Assembly (NCBI GenBank): GCA_035524955.1
Contig: DATLFG010000042.1
Span: 45,791 to 109,790, forward strand
Reading direction: 5' to 3'
Origin: Candidatus Limnocylindria bacterium
GTDB lineage: Bacteria; Methylomirabilota; Methylomirabilia; Rokubacteriales; CSP1-6
DNA: 64,000 nucleotides
Shown: positions 27,099 to 37,711 of the stretch, one piece after another
How the letters are laid out: the number at the start of each line of letters is the position of its first letter
How positions within the stretch are numbered: position 1 is the first letter of the stretch
Made by a program: the position numbers and the translations under genes
Notes under the pieces: generated by a model
Told to the model about the DNA's origin: nothing
Database searches by the model: none
What the model saw: only the letters and a program-made list of their open reading frames with translations

Positions 27099-27379
27099 CT
27101 CTGTCCCGCGTACCAGGCCGCGATGGCCCGGATCTCGTCGTCCGTGAATCCCTTGGCGATCCGGTCCATGACGGTGCCCGGGCGCTGCCCCGAGCGGAAC
27201 TCCTGCATGGCCTTCACGATCGCGGCCTGGTCGACCCCGAGCAGCCGCGGCACGGGCGTGGTCACGCGCGCCGAGGTCGCGTGACACCCCGAGCACGAGA
27301 CGGCGCCGGCCGGAGGCTCGGCCGACGCGGTCGCCGCGATCGAGGCGACCCCGATCGCAGCGACCAGGAGCCTCCCCAT
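27095..27379 (-). CDS. Cytochrome c subunit of flavocytochrome c sulfide dehydrogenase (FccA/SoxE-like)
   Basis: 94 aa with a signal peptide and a single 'CSGCH' heme motif. Immediately upstream of the flavoprotein gene. Confidence 0.6.
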   Translation of the reverse strand: MGRLLVAAIGVASIAATASAEPPAGAVSCSGCHATSARVTTPVPRLLGVDQAAIVKAMQEFRSGQRPGTVMDRIAKGFTDDEIRAIAAWYAGQR

Positions 27380-27386
27380 CCCGGAC

Positions 27387-29564
27387 CTACACCAGCGTGA
27401 TGCCGTGGTTCTTCAGCGGGACGCTGCGGATGCGCTTGCCGGTGGCGGCGAAGAACGCATTCAGCACCGCGGGCGCCGCCACGCAGATCGTGGGCTCGCC
27501 CACGCCGCCCCAGAAGCCGCCGGACGGCATGACGATCGACTCCACCTTCGGCATCTGGCGGATGCGCATCGAGTCGTACTCGTGGAAGTTGGTCTGCTCG
27601 ATGCGGCCGTCCTTGACCGTGCACTCCTCCATGAACAGCGCGGACAGGCCGTAGACGAACGAGCCGGCGATCTGCCGCTCGATCTGCGCGGGGTTGACGG
27701 CATAGCCTGGGTCGGTCGCGCAGACGATGCGGTGCACCTTCACCTTGTTGCCGTCGGTGACGGAGATCTCGGCGCACGCCGCCACATAGCTGGCGAACGC
27801 CTTCATCTGGGCCAGGCCGCGGAACACGCCCGGCGGCGCCGGCTTCCCCCAGCCCGCCCGGGCGGCCACCGCGTTGAGCACGGCCAGATGCTTGGGGTGG
27901 TTGGCCATCAGCTTGCGGCGGAACTCGAGCGGGTCCTGGCCGGCGGCCTGCGCCAGCTCGTCCATGAAGCACTCGAGGAAGATGGCGTTCTGGTTGATAT
28001 TCACGCCGCGCCAGAACCCGGGCGGCACATGCGTGTTGCGCATGGCGTGATCGATCAGGAGGTTGGGGACGGTGTAGCCGATGGCGAAGTCGCCGCTGGC
28101 GTGCAGTCCCTGGAAGGTGAGGAAGTCCATCCCGTTCTGCAGCATCTGCGGGAACACGGCGGTGAGGATCGACTGGCCCGACAGGCGCAGGTGCAGGCCG
28201 GTCAGGTTGCCACTCGCGTCGAGCCCGCCCGTGAGCTTCGAGTGCATGACCGGGTGGTACTTGCCGTGGAGCATGTCCTCCTCGCGCGACCAGAGGAGCT
28301 TCACCGGAGTGCCCGGGATCTGCTTGGCGATGAGCACGGCCTGGGTGACGTAGTCGTGGAAGGCGCCGCGCCGGCCGAAGCCGCCGCCGAGGTTGATCTT
28401 GTAGACCTCGCACTTGTCGGCGGGCAGGCCGGAGGCCGCCAGGGTGGCCGCGAACGCGGCCTCGCCGTTCTGGGTGGGCACCCAGACCTCGCACCGGTCC
28501 GGGGTGTACTTTGCCGTCGCGTTCATCGGCTCCATCGGCGCGTGGTTCTGGAAGGGATAGGAGTAGACGGCCTCGATCTTCTTCGTCGCGCCGGCGAGCG
28601 CGGCCTTCGCGTCGCCGTTCGTGTTGTTGACGAAGGCCTGCTCCGCGCTGAGGCCTTCCGCGCACATGGCGGCGATGATGGCGCTGGAGACCTTGGCGTT
28701 GGGGCCCTCGTCCCAGACGATGGGCAGCGCGTCGAGGGCGGTCTTGGCCTCCCAGTACGTGTCGGCCACGACGGCGACGGCGGAGCCCCCCACCGGCAGC
28801 ACGTGCCGCACGCCCGGCATGCCCTTGACCTTGTCCGCCTCGTAGCTCTTCACCGTGCCCCCGAAGACGGGGCAGTCCTTGATGGTGGCGGTGAGCATCC
28901 CGGGCAGCTTCAGGTCGAACCCGTAGACCTGGGCGCCGGTCACCTTCCCGAGCGTGTCCAGGCGCTTCACGGACTTGCCGATGATCTTCCACTCCTTCGG
29001 GTCCTTGAGCGGCACCTTGTCGGGCGGCGTGAGCTTGGCCGCCGCCTCCGCCACACTCCCGTACGTGGTGGTGCGACCGGTCGGCCGGTGCGTGATCACG
29101 CTGCTGGCGACGCTGCACTCGGCGACGGGCACGCCCCAGCCGTTGGCCGCGGCCTGGACCAGCATCGTGCGGGCGACGGCGCCGCCCTGGCGGACGTACT
29201 CGTGCGACATCCGGATGCCGCGGCTGCCGCCCGTCGAGAAGTCGCCCCACACGCGCTTGCGCTTGACGCTCTGCCCCGGCGTCGGGTACTCGGTCGTCAC
29301 CTTCGACCAGTCGCACTCGAGCTCCTCGGTCACCATCTGGGCGAGGCCGGTGATCGTGCCCTGTCCCATCTCGGAGCGGGCGACGCGGATGACGACCGTG
29401 TCGTCCGGGCGGATGACCACCCAGGCGTTGATCTCAGGCGAGCCATCCTGCGCGCGGACGACCTCGGGGCCGAACGGGATCTTCAGGCCCAGGGCGAGGC
29501 CGCTGCCGACCGCCGCCGAGCCGATGACGAACTTGCGCCGGCTGATCTCTGGCGTGGTGATCAT
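27387..29564 (-). CDS. Molybdopterin-dependent aldehyde oxidase/xanthine dehydrogenase-family large subunit (IorB-like)
   Basis: Tat signal 'ISRRKFVIGSAAVGSGLALG'. Ald_Xan_dh domains ('GGGFGRRG', 'GEPTICVAAPAVLNA'). ATG start at 29562-29564. The listed ORF extends further upstream in a GC-rich frame. Confidence 0.8.
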   Translation of the reverse strand: MITTPEISRRKFVIGSAAVGSGLALGLKIPFGPEVVRAQDGSPEINAWVVIRPDDTVVIRVARSEMGQGTITGLAQMVTEELECDWSKVTTEYPTPGQSVKRKRVWGDFSTGGSRGIRMSHEYVRQGGAVARTMLVQAAANGWGVPVAECSVASSVITHRPTGRTTTYGSVAEAAAKLTPPDKVPLKDPKEWKIIGKSVKRLDTLGKVTGAQVYGFDLKLPGMLTATIKDCPVFGGTVKSYEADKVKGMPGVRHVLPVGGSAVAVVADTYWEAKTALDALPIVWDEGPNAKVSSAIIAAMCAEGLSAEQAFVNNTNGDAKAALAGATKKIEAVYSYPFQNHAPMEPMNATAKYTPDRCEVWVPTQNGEAAFAATLAASGLPADKCEVYKINLGGGFGRRGAFHDYVTQAVLIAKQIPGTPVKLLWSREEDMLHGKYHPVMHSKLTGGLDASGNLTGLHLRLSGQSILTAVFPQMLQNGMDFLTFQGLHASGDFAIGYTVPNLLIDHAMRNTHVPPGFWRGVNINQNAIFLECFMDELAQAAGQDPLEFRRKLMANHPKHLAVLNAVAARAGWGKPAPPGVFRGLAQMKAFASYVAACAEISVTDGNKVKVHRIVCATDPGYAVNPAQIERQIAGSFVYGLSALFMEECTVKDGRIEQTNFHEYDSMRIRQMPKVESIVMPSGGFWGGVGEPTICVAAPAVLNAFFAATGKRIRSVPLKNHGITLV

Positions 29565-29575
29565 GGCCGCCCCCC

Positions 29576-30025
<450 letters not shown>

Positions 30026-30221
30026 GGCTTCCCTCCTCGGGTGGCTGGTGCCGGAAAATATCCTCCATCGGGTCCACGAAGGCAAGCGATGCCGCGGTTC
30101 GTGACGCCCGGCGTGACGCGGCGCATCGAACCCACCTGCTCCTCTACCCGGATCCCGCCGCGGTGCACTTCGAGATCCACGCGATCGTACGGGCTTCTGC
30201 CGTGACTGCGTCGGCGCGTAG

Positions 30222-33146
30222 TCACTCCACGTCGCGCACTTTACGGAGGCTCCGGAGGGCCCGCCGCTCGAGCGCCGGCGCGCGCTGATGCCGCGCGATT
30301 TCTAGCGCGGTCTCGAAACACCCCGTGACCGCGGCGGGGTCTTGCCCCGTCGCCAGCAGCAGCTCGCCCCTCAACCGATGGAGCTCCGCCGCGTAGAAAC
30401 GCTCGCCGCTTCGCTCGACGGCGGCCAGCGCCTCCGCGGTGACATCGAGGGCGGCCCCGGGCTGACCCGCGCTGGCGAGCGTCTCGGCCAGCAAGCCGAG
30501 GAAATACGTCTTGAACTCTTCCGAGCCCAGGGTTCGAATGGTCGCGACCCCGTCGCGCATCCTCGCGAGTCCCTCTTCGATTTCCCCCGCTTCAGCCAGC
30601 GCCCACCCGCCGGTCATCGCCGCCCACGCCTGGAGTTGGACGAACCCCCGCTCGCGGGCGAGCACGGCGGCCGCCTCGGCTCGGTCACGCGTCGTCCGCC
30701 AGTCGCCGCGGAACTGATGCAGCCGGGCCCCGTAGAGCAGGGCGTGGGCTTCGCTGAAGGGGTGGCCGAGCGTCCGCGCCAGTGCCACCGCGGCCTCGCT
30801 CTGCCGGCTCGCCTGCTCGGGCTCACCGGAGAGCTCGAGCGCCCAGGCTCCGTGGCCGAGCGCACAAACGGCTGGGTCGTGGTTGCCGTAGACGGCGGCG
30901 AGCGCCGCGTGCCGGTCGGGATCGTAGAGACCCACCGCCCGGGCCGCGTGGTCTCGGGCGGCCGCCAGCTCACCGCGCGCGAACAGAGTCGCCCACAGCG
31001 CGTGATGAGCCTCGATGAGGAGCCCGGGGTCGCCGGTGCGCTGGGCCAGCGCGAGGAGGCGCTGGCTGAACCCGTGGGCGACGTCGATCTCGCCTCGGCT
31101 CCGGCGGAACAGAAACAGACCCCAGAGAACCGGGAAGAGTCGAGAGGCGTCGCCGATCTGCTGGCAGAGATCCTGCGCCCGTGTGTAGACCCGCTCGACC
31201 TCGGGCGCGCCGCGGCCCTTCATCGCCATGAGCGGCCCCCCGAGCGCGATCTGGAGGGCGACCTCTTGCTCGGCTCGCTGCGGGGTATCCGGCTCGGCCT
31301 GGAGCAGGTCGAGCCCTCGTGTCAGGTGCCCTACCGCTTCGCGCGTCGCGCTACGTTGCGTGGCGATCTCGCCCGCCAGACGCAGATATCGGACCGCGCG
31401 GCTCACGTCGTGGCCCCGATCGAAGTGCATGGCCAGCTCGGTCGCGACCTCGACGGCACGCGGACCCAGGCCGGCCTCGAGCCGCTCGCCGATCCGGCGG
31501 TGCAGCTTCACGCGGCGTCCCGTCGCGATGCGCTCGTAGACGACTTCTTGATGGAGCGCATGGCGGAACCCGTAGCGTCCAGCGACCGTCCCGTCCGACC
31601 ACGTCTCGGAGCCGTGCGACGTCAGGAACGAGGCGTGCCGGGCCAGCTCGGCGCAACAGTGCTCGACGTCGTCGAGGCTCAGCTGCTCGGCAGCCGCGAC
31701 GACGGCGGCGGAGAACTCCACGCCGGCGGCGCTCGCCGCCTCGAGGATCCGGCGCTGGCGGGGAAGCACTCGGTCGAGCTCGTGGCCGATCATCCGGCGA
31801 ACGTCCTCGGGGATGACGATGTTGACGGCCAGGGGCCGCCCCGCGACTTCGACTTCCCGGCGCCCAGCGCCCTCGATCAGGCCGGCGCGCCTCCCGAGGT
31901 CGTCAGCGACGTTGACGACGAACAGCGGATTGCCACCGGTGCGCCGATGGATCACCCCGGCCAGCTCGGTGAGCGGCCCGGCGGCCGGAAAGCGGCGGGC
32001 CAGGTACTCGCCTACCGCCGTCTCGTCCAGCCGCGCGAGCGCGACTTCGCGGCAGTATCCATGCACTTTCAGCTCGTCCTTGGTCGCCTCGAGCGGATGC
32101 CCCCGCGTCAGCGCCTCGCCCGGCCGGTACGAGCCGAGAACCAGAACGCGCGCCAGCCCGGGACGCCTCGCCAGGTAGGCCAGCCAATCCACGGTCGATG
32201 GATCACCCCAGTGGAGATCCTCGAGCCAGAGGACCAAGGGGACCTCTTCCGCCATGACCTCCACGGCCTCGGCCAGCTCGCGCAGCATCCGCTCCCGTGT
32301 GACGCCGTAGGTTTGCCGCTTGAGTGTTCCCAGCTCCGAGGTGCCCAGGACCGAGGGCATCTGGGCGAGCCACGTGGGGGCGTGATGGCGGAGCAGGCGG
32401 GCGATCAGCTGCCCGCCCGGCTCGCGGCAGAGGCGGGTCATGGCTTCAAGGAGCGGCAAGTAGGCCTCCCCCGCCCCATGGGTCTCGATGCATCGACCTT
32501 GAGCCATGCGAAGCCGACCGCCACTGGCCGCCTCCGCCAGGAACACCTCGACGGCCGTCGTCTTCCCGATCCCGGACTCGCCGGTGACGAAGACGATCTG
32601 GCGGTCCCCGTCCGTGGCCCGCTCGAGGCAGGCGCGCAGCTCCCTCAGCTCCCGGTCACGCCCGACGACCAGCGCCGGCGCCCGCGGCCCCGGCCGCGTT
32701 GGCGACGACGAATCGCCGGCCGCGCCCGCGGGCGCCGACAGGACCGTGGGAGCGACGAACCGGTATCCCCGGCGGTGCCGCGTCTCGATGAAGCGGGGGC
32801 GTCTGGCGTCGTCGTCGAGGGCCCCCCGAAGCTCCTGGATGCAGGCCGTGAGCGCCGCGTCGCCCACGACCACGTCCCTCCATACGGACTGGAACAGCTC
32901 GGCCCGCGTGACCGGTTGCCCGGCGCGCTCGATCAGCGCCGCCAGCACAGCCGCCGCCCGTGGCGTGAGCTTGACTTCGCGCCGGCCGGCCCAGAGGCGC
33001 CCGGTGCCCGGATCGAAGCGGTGGCGGCCGAAGCTAACCTCTTGTCCCATCGGCATTGCCGGCGGTCTCATCGCCTGCCGTCGTCTCAGAAGAATCTCAC
33101 GGTTCTCTTGGGACTTCCGATGTCCCGGGCCCCTACTCTCTGACAC
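30222..33146 (-). CDS. Large transcriptional regulator: OmpR/PhoB-type winged helix + P-loop STAND ATPase + TPR repeats
   Basis: N-terminal '[30 protein letters not shown]...[11 protein letters not shown]' (trans_reg_C). Walker A '[15 protein letters not shown]'. Long helical TPR-like C-terminus. The true start is probably near 33070 ('[10 protein letters not shown]'). Confidence 0.7.
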   Translation of the reverse strand: MSESRGPGHRKSQENREILLRRRQAMRPPAMPMGQEVSFGRHRFDPGTGRLWAGRREVKLTPRAAAVLAALIERAGQPVTRAELFQSVWRDVVVGDAALTACIQELRGALDDDARRPRFIETRHRRGYRFVAPTVLSAPAGAAGDSSSPTRPGPRAPALVVGRDRELRELRACLERATDGDRQIVFVTGESGIGKTTAVEVFLAEAASGGRLRMAQGRCIETHGAGEAYLPLLEAMTRLCREPGGQLIARLLRHHAPTWLAQMPSVLGTSELGTLKRQTYGVTRERMLRELAEAVEVMAEEVPLVLWLEDLHWGDPSTVDWLAYLARRPGLARVLVLGSYRPGEALTRGHPLEATKDELKVHGYCREVALARLDETAVGEYLARRFPAAGPLTELAGVIHRRTGGNPLFVVNVADDLGRRAGLIEGAGRREVEVAGRPLAVNIVIPEDVRRMIGHELDRVLPRQRRILEAASAAGVEFSAAVVAAAEQLSLDDVEHCCAELARHASFLTSHGSETWSDGTVAGRYGFRHALHQEVVYERIATGRRVKLHRRIGERLEAGLGPRAVEVATELAMHFDRGHDVSRAVRYLRLAGEIATQRSATREAVGHLTRGLDLLQAEPDTPQRAEQEVALQIALGGPLMAMKGRGAPEVERVYTRAQDLCQQIGDASRLFPVLWGLFLFRRSRGEIDVAHGFSQRLLALAQRTGDPGLLIEAHHALWATLFARGELAAARDHAARAVGLYDPDRHAALAAVYGNHDPAVCALGHGAWALELSGEPEQASRQSEAAVALARTLGHPFSEAHALLYGARLHQFRGDWRTTRDRAEAAAVLARERGFVQLQAWAAMTGGWALAEAGEIEEGLARMRDGVATIRTLGSEEFKTYFLGLLAETLASAGQPGAALDVTAEALAAVERSGERFYAAELHRLRGELLLATGQDPAAVTGCFETALEIARHQRAPALERRALRSLRKVRDVE

Positions 33147-33199
33147 ATACGAGGGTCAACAGCAAGTGGCGTAGCCGTCTGGCAAAGGAGGATCGCCCG

Positions 33200-33823
33200 A
33201 TGAAACCGCGCTTCATAGTGGTGGTCGCAGGTCTCGTCCTCGTGTGGCTGTCTACGGCATTGGCGTTCGCGCAGCCGGGGGGAGTGGGTGTCGCCGGCTC
33301 CGGCACGCTCGTCATCAAGCCACTGATCGAGAAGAAGGTCACGGAGCTGCCACCTGGACCGCTCTTCTGGCGAGTGGAGAGCTTCGCCACCCTGGCCCGG
33401 GCGCAGGCCGCCGCCGGTCAGCTGGGCCTCGTGACCGAGTCCGGTGGCAAGGTCTGGCTCCTCACGCTCGGTCCGGCCGGCGGGTCGTCGGATGGCGGCA
33501 CGAAGATGGCGGAGATCGGACCACTCCCCCCGGTCGCGGCGCCCGCCTATCTGCTCCGGGTCAATGAAGCCCGCGGTCCATCGGGCAGCGTCACGCCCGT
33601 GCACAGCCACCCGGGCGCCGAGGCCGCCTACGTGCTCGCGGGGGAGCAAACCTTCCGGACGCCCCATGGCGTGAAGCGAGTCGCCGCCGGCCAGGCCGAG
33701 GCCGGCCGCGCCGCCGGGACGCCGATGCAAGTCTCCAGCAGCGGCTCGGTGGACCTCCATGCACTGGTCATGTTCGTGGTCGACGCCACCAAGCCGTTCT
33801 CGAGTCCGGCGACGCTCAAATGA
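33200..33823 (+). CDS. Secreted cupin-domain protein
   Basis: Signal peptide 'MKPRFIVVVAGLVLVWLSTALAFA'. Cupin-like 'VTPVHSHPGAEAAYVLAGEQTFRTPHG'. The start ATG is preceded by an AAAGGAGG RBS. Confidence 0.5.
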   Translation: MKPRFIVVVAGLVLVWLSTALAFAQPGGVGVAGSGTLVIKPLIEKKVTELPPGPLFWRVESFATLARAQAAAGQLGLVTESGGKVWLLTLGPAGGSSDGGTKMAEIGPLPPVAAPAYLLRVNEARGPSGSVTPVHSHPGAEAAYVLAGEQTFRTPHGVKRVAAGQAEAGRAAGTPMQVSSSGSVDLHALVMFVVDATKPFSSPATLK

Positions 33824-33948
33824 CCGGTACTGTGCACCCCATCAACGGGCTCCTGGTCAGCCGTGGCGAGGCCTCGGCGCGCGGCCGATCCCAGCCCGGT
33901 AAGGTCCCACTGACGAATCACGACGCGCGTTCCTGAACTGCCGACCGA

Positions 33949-33983
33949 AAAACAGCGGGCGCTTCCGATGCTCCGGAAGCGCC
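33949..33983 (-). terminator. Rho-independent terminator downstream of tRNA-Lys (minus strand)
   Basis: On the minus strand, an 11-bp stem (gggcgcttccg / cggaagcgccc) with a 5-nt loop is followed by 'GCTGTTTTT'. Confidence 0.5.
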
Positions 33984-33992
33984 CGTCTTGAT

Positions 33993-34068
<76 letters not shown>

Positions 34069-34114
34069 GCGTCTTCGCGGGTGCTGCGACATCCGGGTGC
34101 TGCTACGACAGAAG

Positions 34115-34191
34115 TGGTGCGCCCAAGAGGATTCGAACCTCTGACCTTTAGCTCCGGAGGCTAACGCTCTATCCAGCTGAGCTATGGGCGC
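34115..34191 (-). tRNA. tRNA-Arg (anticodon CCG)
   Basis: Reverse complement reads GCGCCCATAGCTCAGCTGGATAGAGCGTTAGCCTCCGGAGCTAAAGGTCAGAGGTTCGAATCCTCTTGGGCGCACCA. Anticodon loop CUCCGGA. Confidence 0.9.
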
Positions 34192-34215
34192 CCGAGCACT
34201 GGCCGACTTCAGGAG

Positions 34216-34293
34216 TGGGGTGACCGAAGGGAATCGAACCCTCAACCCCTGGAGCCACAGTCCAGTGCTCTAACCAATTGAGCTACGGTCACC
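34216..34293 (-). tRNA. tRNA-His (anticodon GTG, with G-1)
   Basis: Reverse complement reads GGTGACCGTAGCTCAATTGGTTAGAGCACTGGACTGTGGCTCCAGGGGTTGAGGGTTCGATTCCCTTCGGTCACCCCA. Anticodon loop CUGUGGC. The extra 5' G is typical of tRNA-His. Confidence 0.9.
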
Positions 34294-34359
34294 GTCCCGG
34301 GACGACAGCCAAGTTGTGACTGTACCGTATGTTTCGGGGCTGGTCAACGGCGCGGCCGC

Positions 34360-35247
34360 TCAGGCGCTCTGGGCCGGCGCCTCGAGCGCCGCGCGCATCG
34401 CGCGCAGCCCCGCCTCGACGCCGCGCAGCGGGGTGCGAAGCTGCGCCTGGGCTCGCTCGATGCGCAGGCCGCCGTTGAGCGGGCGCGCCACCTTCTGCCC
34501 GAGCTCGGCGGTGGTCGCAGGCGTGAGGCAGGAGGCGTCCAGGTCGAAGACGCGGCAGACCAGGAGCGCGTAGGCCATGCGATCCAGCACGTCGGCGCCG
34601 GCCAGGTGCCAGGTGCCGGAGAGCTCCCGCTCGCAGCACTCCACGGTGGCGGCGGCCACGTCGTGGTTGTAGCTGGGGCTCGCGCGCTGGTCCATCGCGG
34701 CGCGGAAGCCCTTGCCGCCGCGGCAGGCGCGAATGAGCTGGTAGACGGAGTTCTTCTCCTGGCGCTCGGGGCCGTAGACCACGCTGGTGCGCACCACCAG
34801 CGCGCGCTCGAGCGCGCCCAGCACCGCCTGCTCGCCCTCCCACTTGCTCTGCCCGTAGACGCCGAGCGGGCGGGGGCGGGCATCTTCGGCGTAGGGCCCG
34901 TCCACGCCGTCGAAGACGTAGTCGGAGGAGTAGTAGACGAAGCCGGCGCCGACGCGGGCGGTGGCCTTCGCGGCGGCGAGGGGGCCGTGCACGTTCGCGG
35001 CGAAGGCCTCCTCCGGGTGCTCCTCGCAGTAGTCGACGTGGCTCAACGCGGCGGGGCAGATGACCCAGTCGGGGTGTGTGTCGGCGACGAGGCGCTCCGT
35101 CGCCGCGGGATCGGTGAAGTCGAGCGGCACGAGACCGGGGAAGACCTCGTGGGCCCACGTGCCGGTGGCCTCGTGGCCGCGCGCGGCCAGCACGCGGAGC
35201 AAGGCCGCGCCCACCTGTCCGGAAGCCCCGATCACGAGCGCGCGCAT
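34360..35247 (-). CDS. rmlD: dTDP-4-dehydrorhamnose reductase
   Basis: 'MRALVIGASGQVGAAL' Rossmann, 'YGQSKWEGE' (YxxxK), ~295 aa RmlD-like. ATG at 35245-35247. Confidence 0.8.
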   Translation of the reverse strand: MRALVIGASGQVGAALLRVLAARGHEATGTWAHEVFPGLVPLDFTDPAATERLVADTHPDWVICPAALSHVDYCEEHPEEAFAANVHGPLAAAKATARVGAGFVYYSSDYVFDGVDGPYAEDARPRPLGVYGQSKWEGEQAVLGALERALVVRTSVVYGPERQEKNSVYQLIRACRGGKGFRAAMDQRASPSYNHDVAAATVECCERELSGTWHLAGADVLDRMAYALLVCRVFDLDASCLTPATTAELGQKVARPLNGGLRIERAQAQLRTPLRGVEAGLRAMRAALEAPAQSA

Positions 35248-35346
35248 GAGCCTGCACCTTACCGGAGGCTCCGGCACTGGGCAACCCGCAGGGCTTGCCG
35301 CGCCGACGGCGCGAGGCTACGATCCCGCGGGGAGGACTCACCCGAC

Positions 35347-36309
35347 ATGGCCGCCGATCGCCCGCTCGTGCTGCTCTGGATCCACGATGCCGCGCCGTAC
35401 CGCCAGGGGCTCGCGCGGGTCGGGCTCGATCAGCGCGTGGACGTCGTCCACGTGCCGCTCGGCGAGACGCCCGGGCCCGAGTTGCTCGCCCGCTGCGAGG
35501 CCATGCTGGCCTTCCGGGCGGGCGCGGGCGTGCTCGCGCGGATGCCGCGGCTGCGATGGCTGCAGGCGCTGACCGCCGGGGTGGAAGGCTGGCTGGCGCT
35601 GCCCGACCTGCCGGCAGGGCTCATGCTCACCTGCGCGCGCGGCACCCACCGGGTGCAGATGCCGGAGAACATCCTGGGCGCGCTCTTTCACCTCACCAAG
35701 CCCTATGCCGGCATCGCGCTCGACCAGAAGGACAAGCGCTGGCGGCGGCGGGTCTCGGAGACCCTGGCCGGCACCACGCTCGGCATCCTGGGCCTGGGTG
35801 CGATCGGGCAGGAGCTGGCGCGCAAGGCCGAGGCGCTCGAGATGCGCGTGATCGGCACGCGGCGTCGCCCGGTCCCGATGCCCCACGTGGAGCGCGTGTA
35901 CGGGCCGGCGGACACCGACGCCGTGCTGGGCGCCTCCGACTTCGTGCTGCTGCTGCTGCCGGTGACGCCGGAGACGCGCGGCTTCATGAACGCGGCCCGG
36001 CTCAAGCGCATGAAGCCCGGCGCCTACCTCCTCAACTTCGGCCGGGGCGAGCTGATCGTGGACGCCGACCTGATCGAGGCCGTCACCGCGCGGACGATCG
36101 CGGGCGCGGTGCTCGACGTGTTCACCACCGAGCCCCTGCCCGCCGAGCATCCGTTCTGGGGCACCGAGGGCATCCTGGTACTGCCCCACATCGGCGGGCT
36201 CCACCCGGGACGCGATCAGATCGTCGCCGAGCTCTTCGCCGACAACCTGCGGCGCTTCCTCGCGGGGCAGCCCCTGCGGGAGACCGTGCACCTCGCGCGC
36301 GGCTACTAG
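35347..36309 (+). CDS. D-isomer-specific 2-hydroxyacid dehydrogenase (glyoxylate/hydroxypyruvate reductase-like)
   Basis: 'LGILGLGAIGQELARKA' NAD-binding motif, 'LLNFGRGELIVDADL', catalytic 'VLDVFTTEP...HPF...LPHIGG' region. Start ATG at 35347. Confidence 0.8.
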   Translation: MAADRPLVLLWIHDAAPYRQGLARVGLDQRVDVVHVPLGETPGPELLARCEAMLAFRAGAGVLARMPRLRWLQALTAGVEGWLALPDLPAGLMLTCARGTHRVQMPENILGALFHLTKPYAGIALDQKDKRWRRRVSETLAGTTLGILGLGAIGQELARKAEALEMRVIGTRRRPVPMPHVERVYGPADTDAVLGASDFVLLLLPVTPETRGFMNAARLKRMKPGAYLLNFGRGELIVDADLIEAVTARTIAGAVLDVFTTEPLPAEHPFWGTEGILVLPHIGGLHPGRDQIVAELFADNLRRFLAGQPLRETVHLARGY

Positions 36310-36316
36310 CGCGGCG

Positions 36317-36790
36317 ATGAGCCGGTCACTCGGCCCCAGGCTCCCGCCGGGACTGCTCACGCGCCTCTCCCAGACGGATCTCCCCTCGCGGCTCGGACGC
36401 GGGTTGCCCTTCGTCACGCTCGCCGCCGACGGCACCCTGCACCCGATGCTCTGTAGCTACCTCGAGTGGCTCGCGGTCGACGCCCGGACGCTCCGCCTCG
36501 CCCTGGCCGCCGCGAGTCGCAGCGCGCGCAATCTCGAGGAGCGCGGCGTCGGCTCGCTGCTCCTGGTCGAGCCCGCGCTCACGATGTACATCAAGTGCCG
36601 GGCGATGGGCGCGCCGCTTCGCCGGGGTGAGCTCGCGCGCTTCAGCCTCACGGTCGAGGACGTGCTGGAGGATGCGCCCACCGAGGCGGAAGGGGACGTG
36701 CGGATCACCGGCGGGATCACCTACGCGCCGGCGCCGGCGCTCGAGGAGGCGTGGGTGAAGGCGGTGCTGGCCGCGCTGCGGGAGGAGTAG
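36317..36790 (+). CDS. Hypothetical protein, possibly pyridoxamine 5'-phosphate oxidase-like split-barrel family
   Basis: 157 aa with weak resemblance to PPOX-like FMN/F420-binding split barrels ('LPFVTLAADGTLHPMLCSYLEW'). Ends immediately before a GC-rich hairpin repeat. Confidence 0.35.
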   Translation: MSRSLGPRLPPGLLTRLSQTDLPSRLGRGLPFVTLAADGTLHPMLCSYLEWLAVDARTLRLALAAASRSARNLEERGVGSLLLVEPALTMYIKCRAMGAPLRRGELARFSLTVEDVLEDAPTEAEGDVRITGGITYAPAPALEEAWVKAVLAALREE

Positions 36791-36896
36791 CCCGCCCCCT
36801 CGCCACCGGTCCCCTCACCACCCGCCCCCTCACCACCCGCCCCCTCACCCTGCCCTCTCCCCCTCCGGGGGCGAGGGAGAAGAGGGGCTAGACTTC
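36786..36896. repeat. GC-rich hairpin repeat element, copy A
   Basis: Three tandem 'ccccctcaccacccg'-like units followed by the hairpin 'ccctctccccc tcc gggggcgaggg'. Lies between convergent genes. Confidence 0.55.
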
Positions 36897-37709
36897 GAGC
36901 AGGTCGGTGCCGATGACGAGCGGGCCCGCGTAGTGGCGGCGGGCTGCGGCCTCCAGCTCGCCCGGCTCCGACCCCGGCATGAGGTGCGTCACCGCGAGCT
37001 TCCGGGCTCGCGCGCCCGCGGCCACGCGGCCGAGATCATCGGGCTGCGTGTGGTAGGAGGCCAGGCCGCGGATCTTCTCCTCCAGGCTGGGCCAGCCGCA
37101 GCCCGGGTACCAGGAGGTCCTGGCCATCTCGCAGCACTCGTGGATGAGGCAGTCCACGTCTCGGCTCCAGCGCATCAGGTTGTCGCAGGGCCGCGTGTCG
37201 CCCGAGACGACCACGCTGCGGCCGCCGCCGTCGAAGCGATAGCCGAAGGCGGGCTTCACCGGATCGTGCTCGACCAGGAAGGCGCTCACGGTCACGCCGC
37301 CCGCCTGCATGATCTGCCCGTCCTCGATCTCGGTCACCGTCACCGCGGGAGGCCTGCGCTCGACCATGTGATGGCGGCGGACCTCGATGTCCCAGTGCAG
37401 GTAGTCGAGCAGCTTGTCCATCTGCCGCTTCGTGCCCGCGGGGCCCCAGATCTCGAGCGGGGCGTTCTGCCCCACGATCCAGCGCGTGATCAGCAGGTGG
37501 CCCAGGTCGATCACGTGGTCGGAGTGGTGGTGGGTGATGAGCACGCGCGGCCAGTCGTAGGGCCGCACGCCCGCCTGCACGAGCTGGACGCCCACGCCCG
37601 AGCCCGCGTCCACCAGGAAGCGCTCCGCGCCGAGCGACAGCAGGGTGGAGGGGCCGCGCCGCATCGGGTTGGGCGGGGGCGAGCCGGTGCCGAGGAGGAC
37701 GGCCTGCAC
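36888..37709 (-). CDS. MBL-fold metallo-hydrolase
   Basis: 'VQAVLLGTGSPPPNP...STLL' start region, 'HHHSDHVIDLGHL' metal-binding motif, 'SGDTRPC', 'HECC'. The listed ORF extends upstream. A GTG near 37709 was chosen as start. Confidence 0.7.
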   Translation of the reverse strand: MQAVLLGTGSPPPNPMRRGPSTLLSLGAERFLVDAGSGVGVQLVQAGVRPYDWPRVLITHHHSDHVIDLGHLLITRWIVGQNAPLEIWGPAGTKRQMDKLLDYLHWDIEVRRHHMVERRPPAVTVTEIEDGQIMQAGGVTVSAFLVEHDPVKPAFGYRFDGGGRSVVVSGDTRPCDNLMRWSRDVDCLIHECCEMARTSWYPGCGWPSLEEKIRGLASYHTQPDDLGRVAAGARARKLAVTHLMPGSEPGELEAAARRHYAGPLVIGTDLLEV

Positions 37710-37711
37710 GG

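Noticed and set aside
33057-33072. Apparent 1-nt frame inconsistency between my manual codon reading and the ORF track near the overlap of the regulator N-terminus and the cupin ORF start
   Set aside because: Most likely my own transcription or counting slip, since the track is computed from the sequence. It is not treated as a frameshift or pseudogene. Hand-derived coordinates may therefore be off by 1-2 nt.
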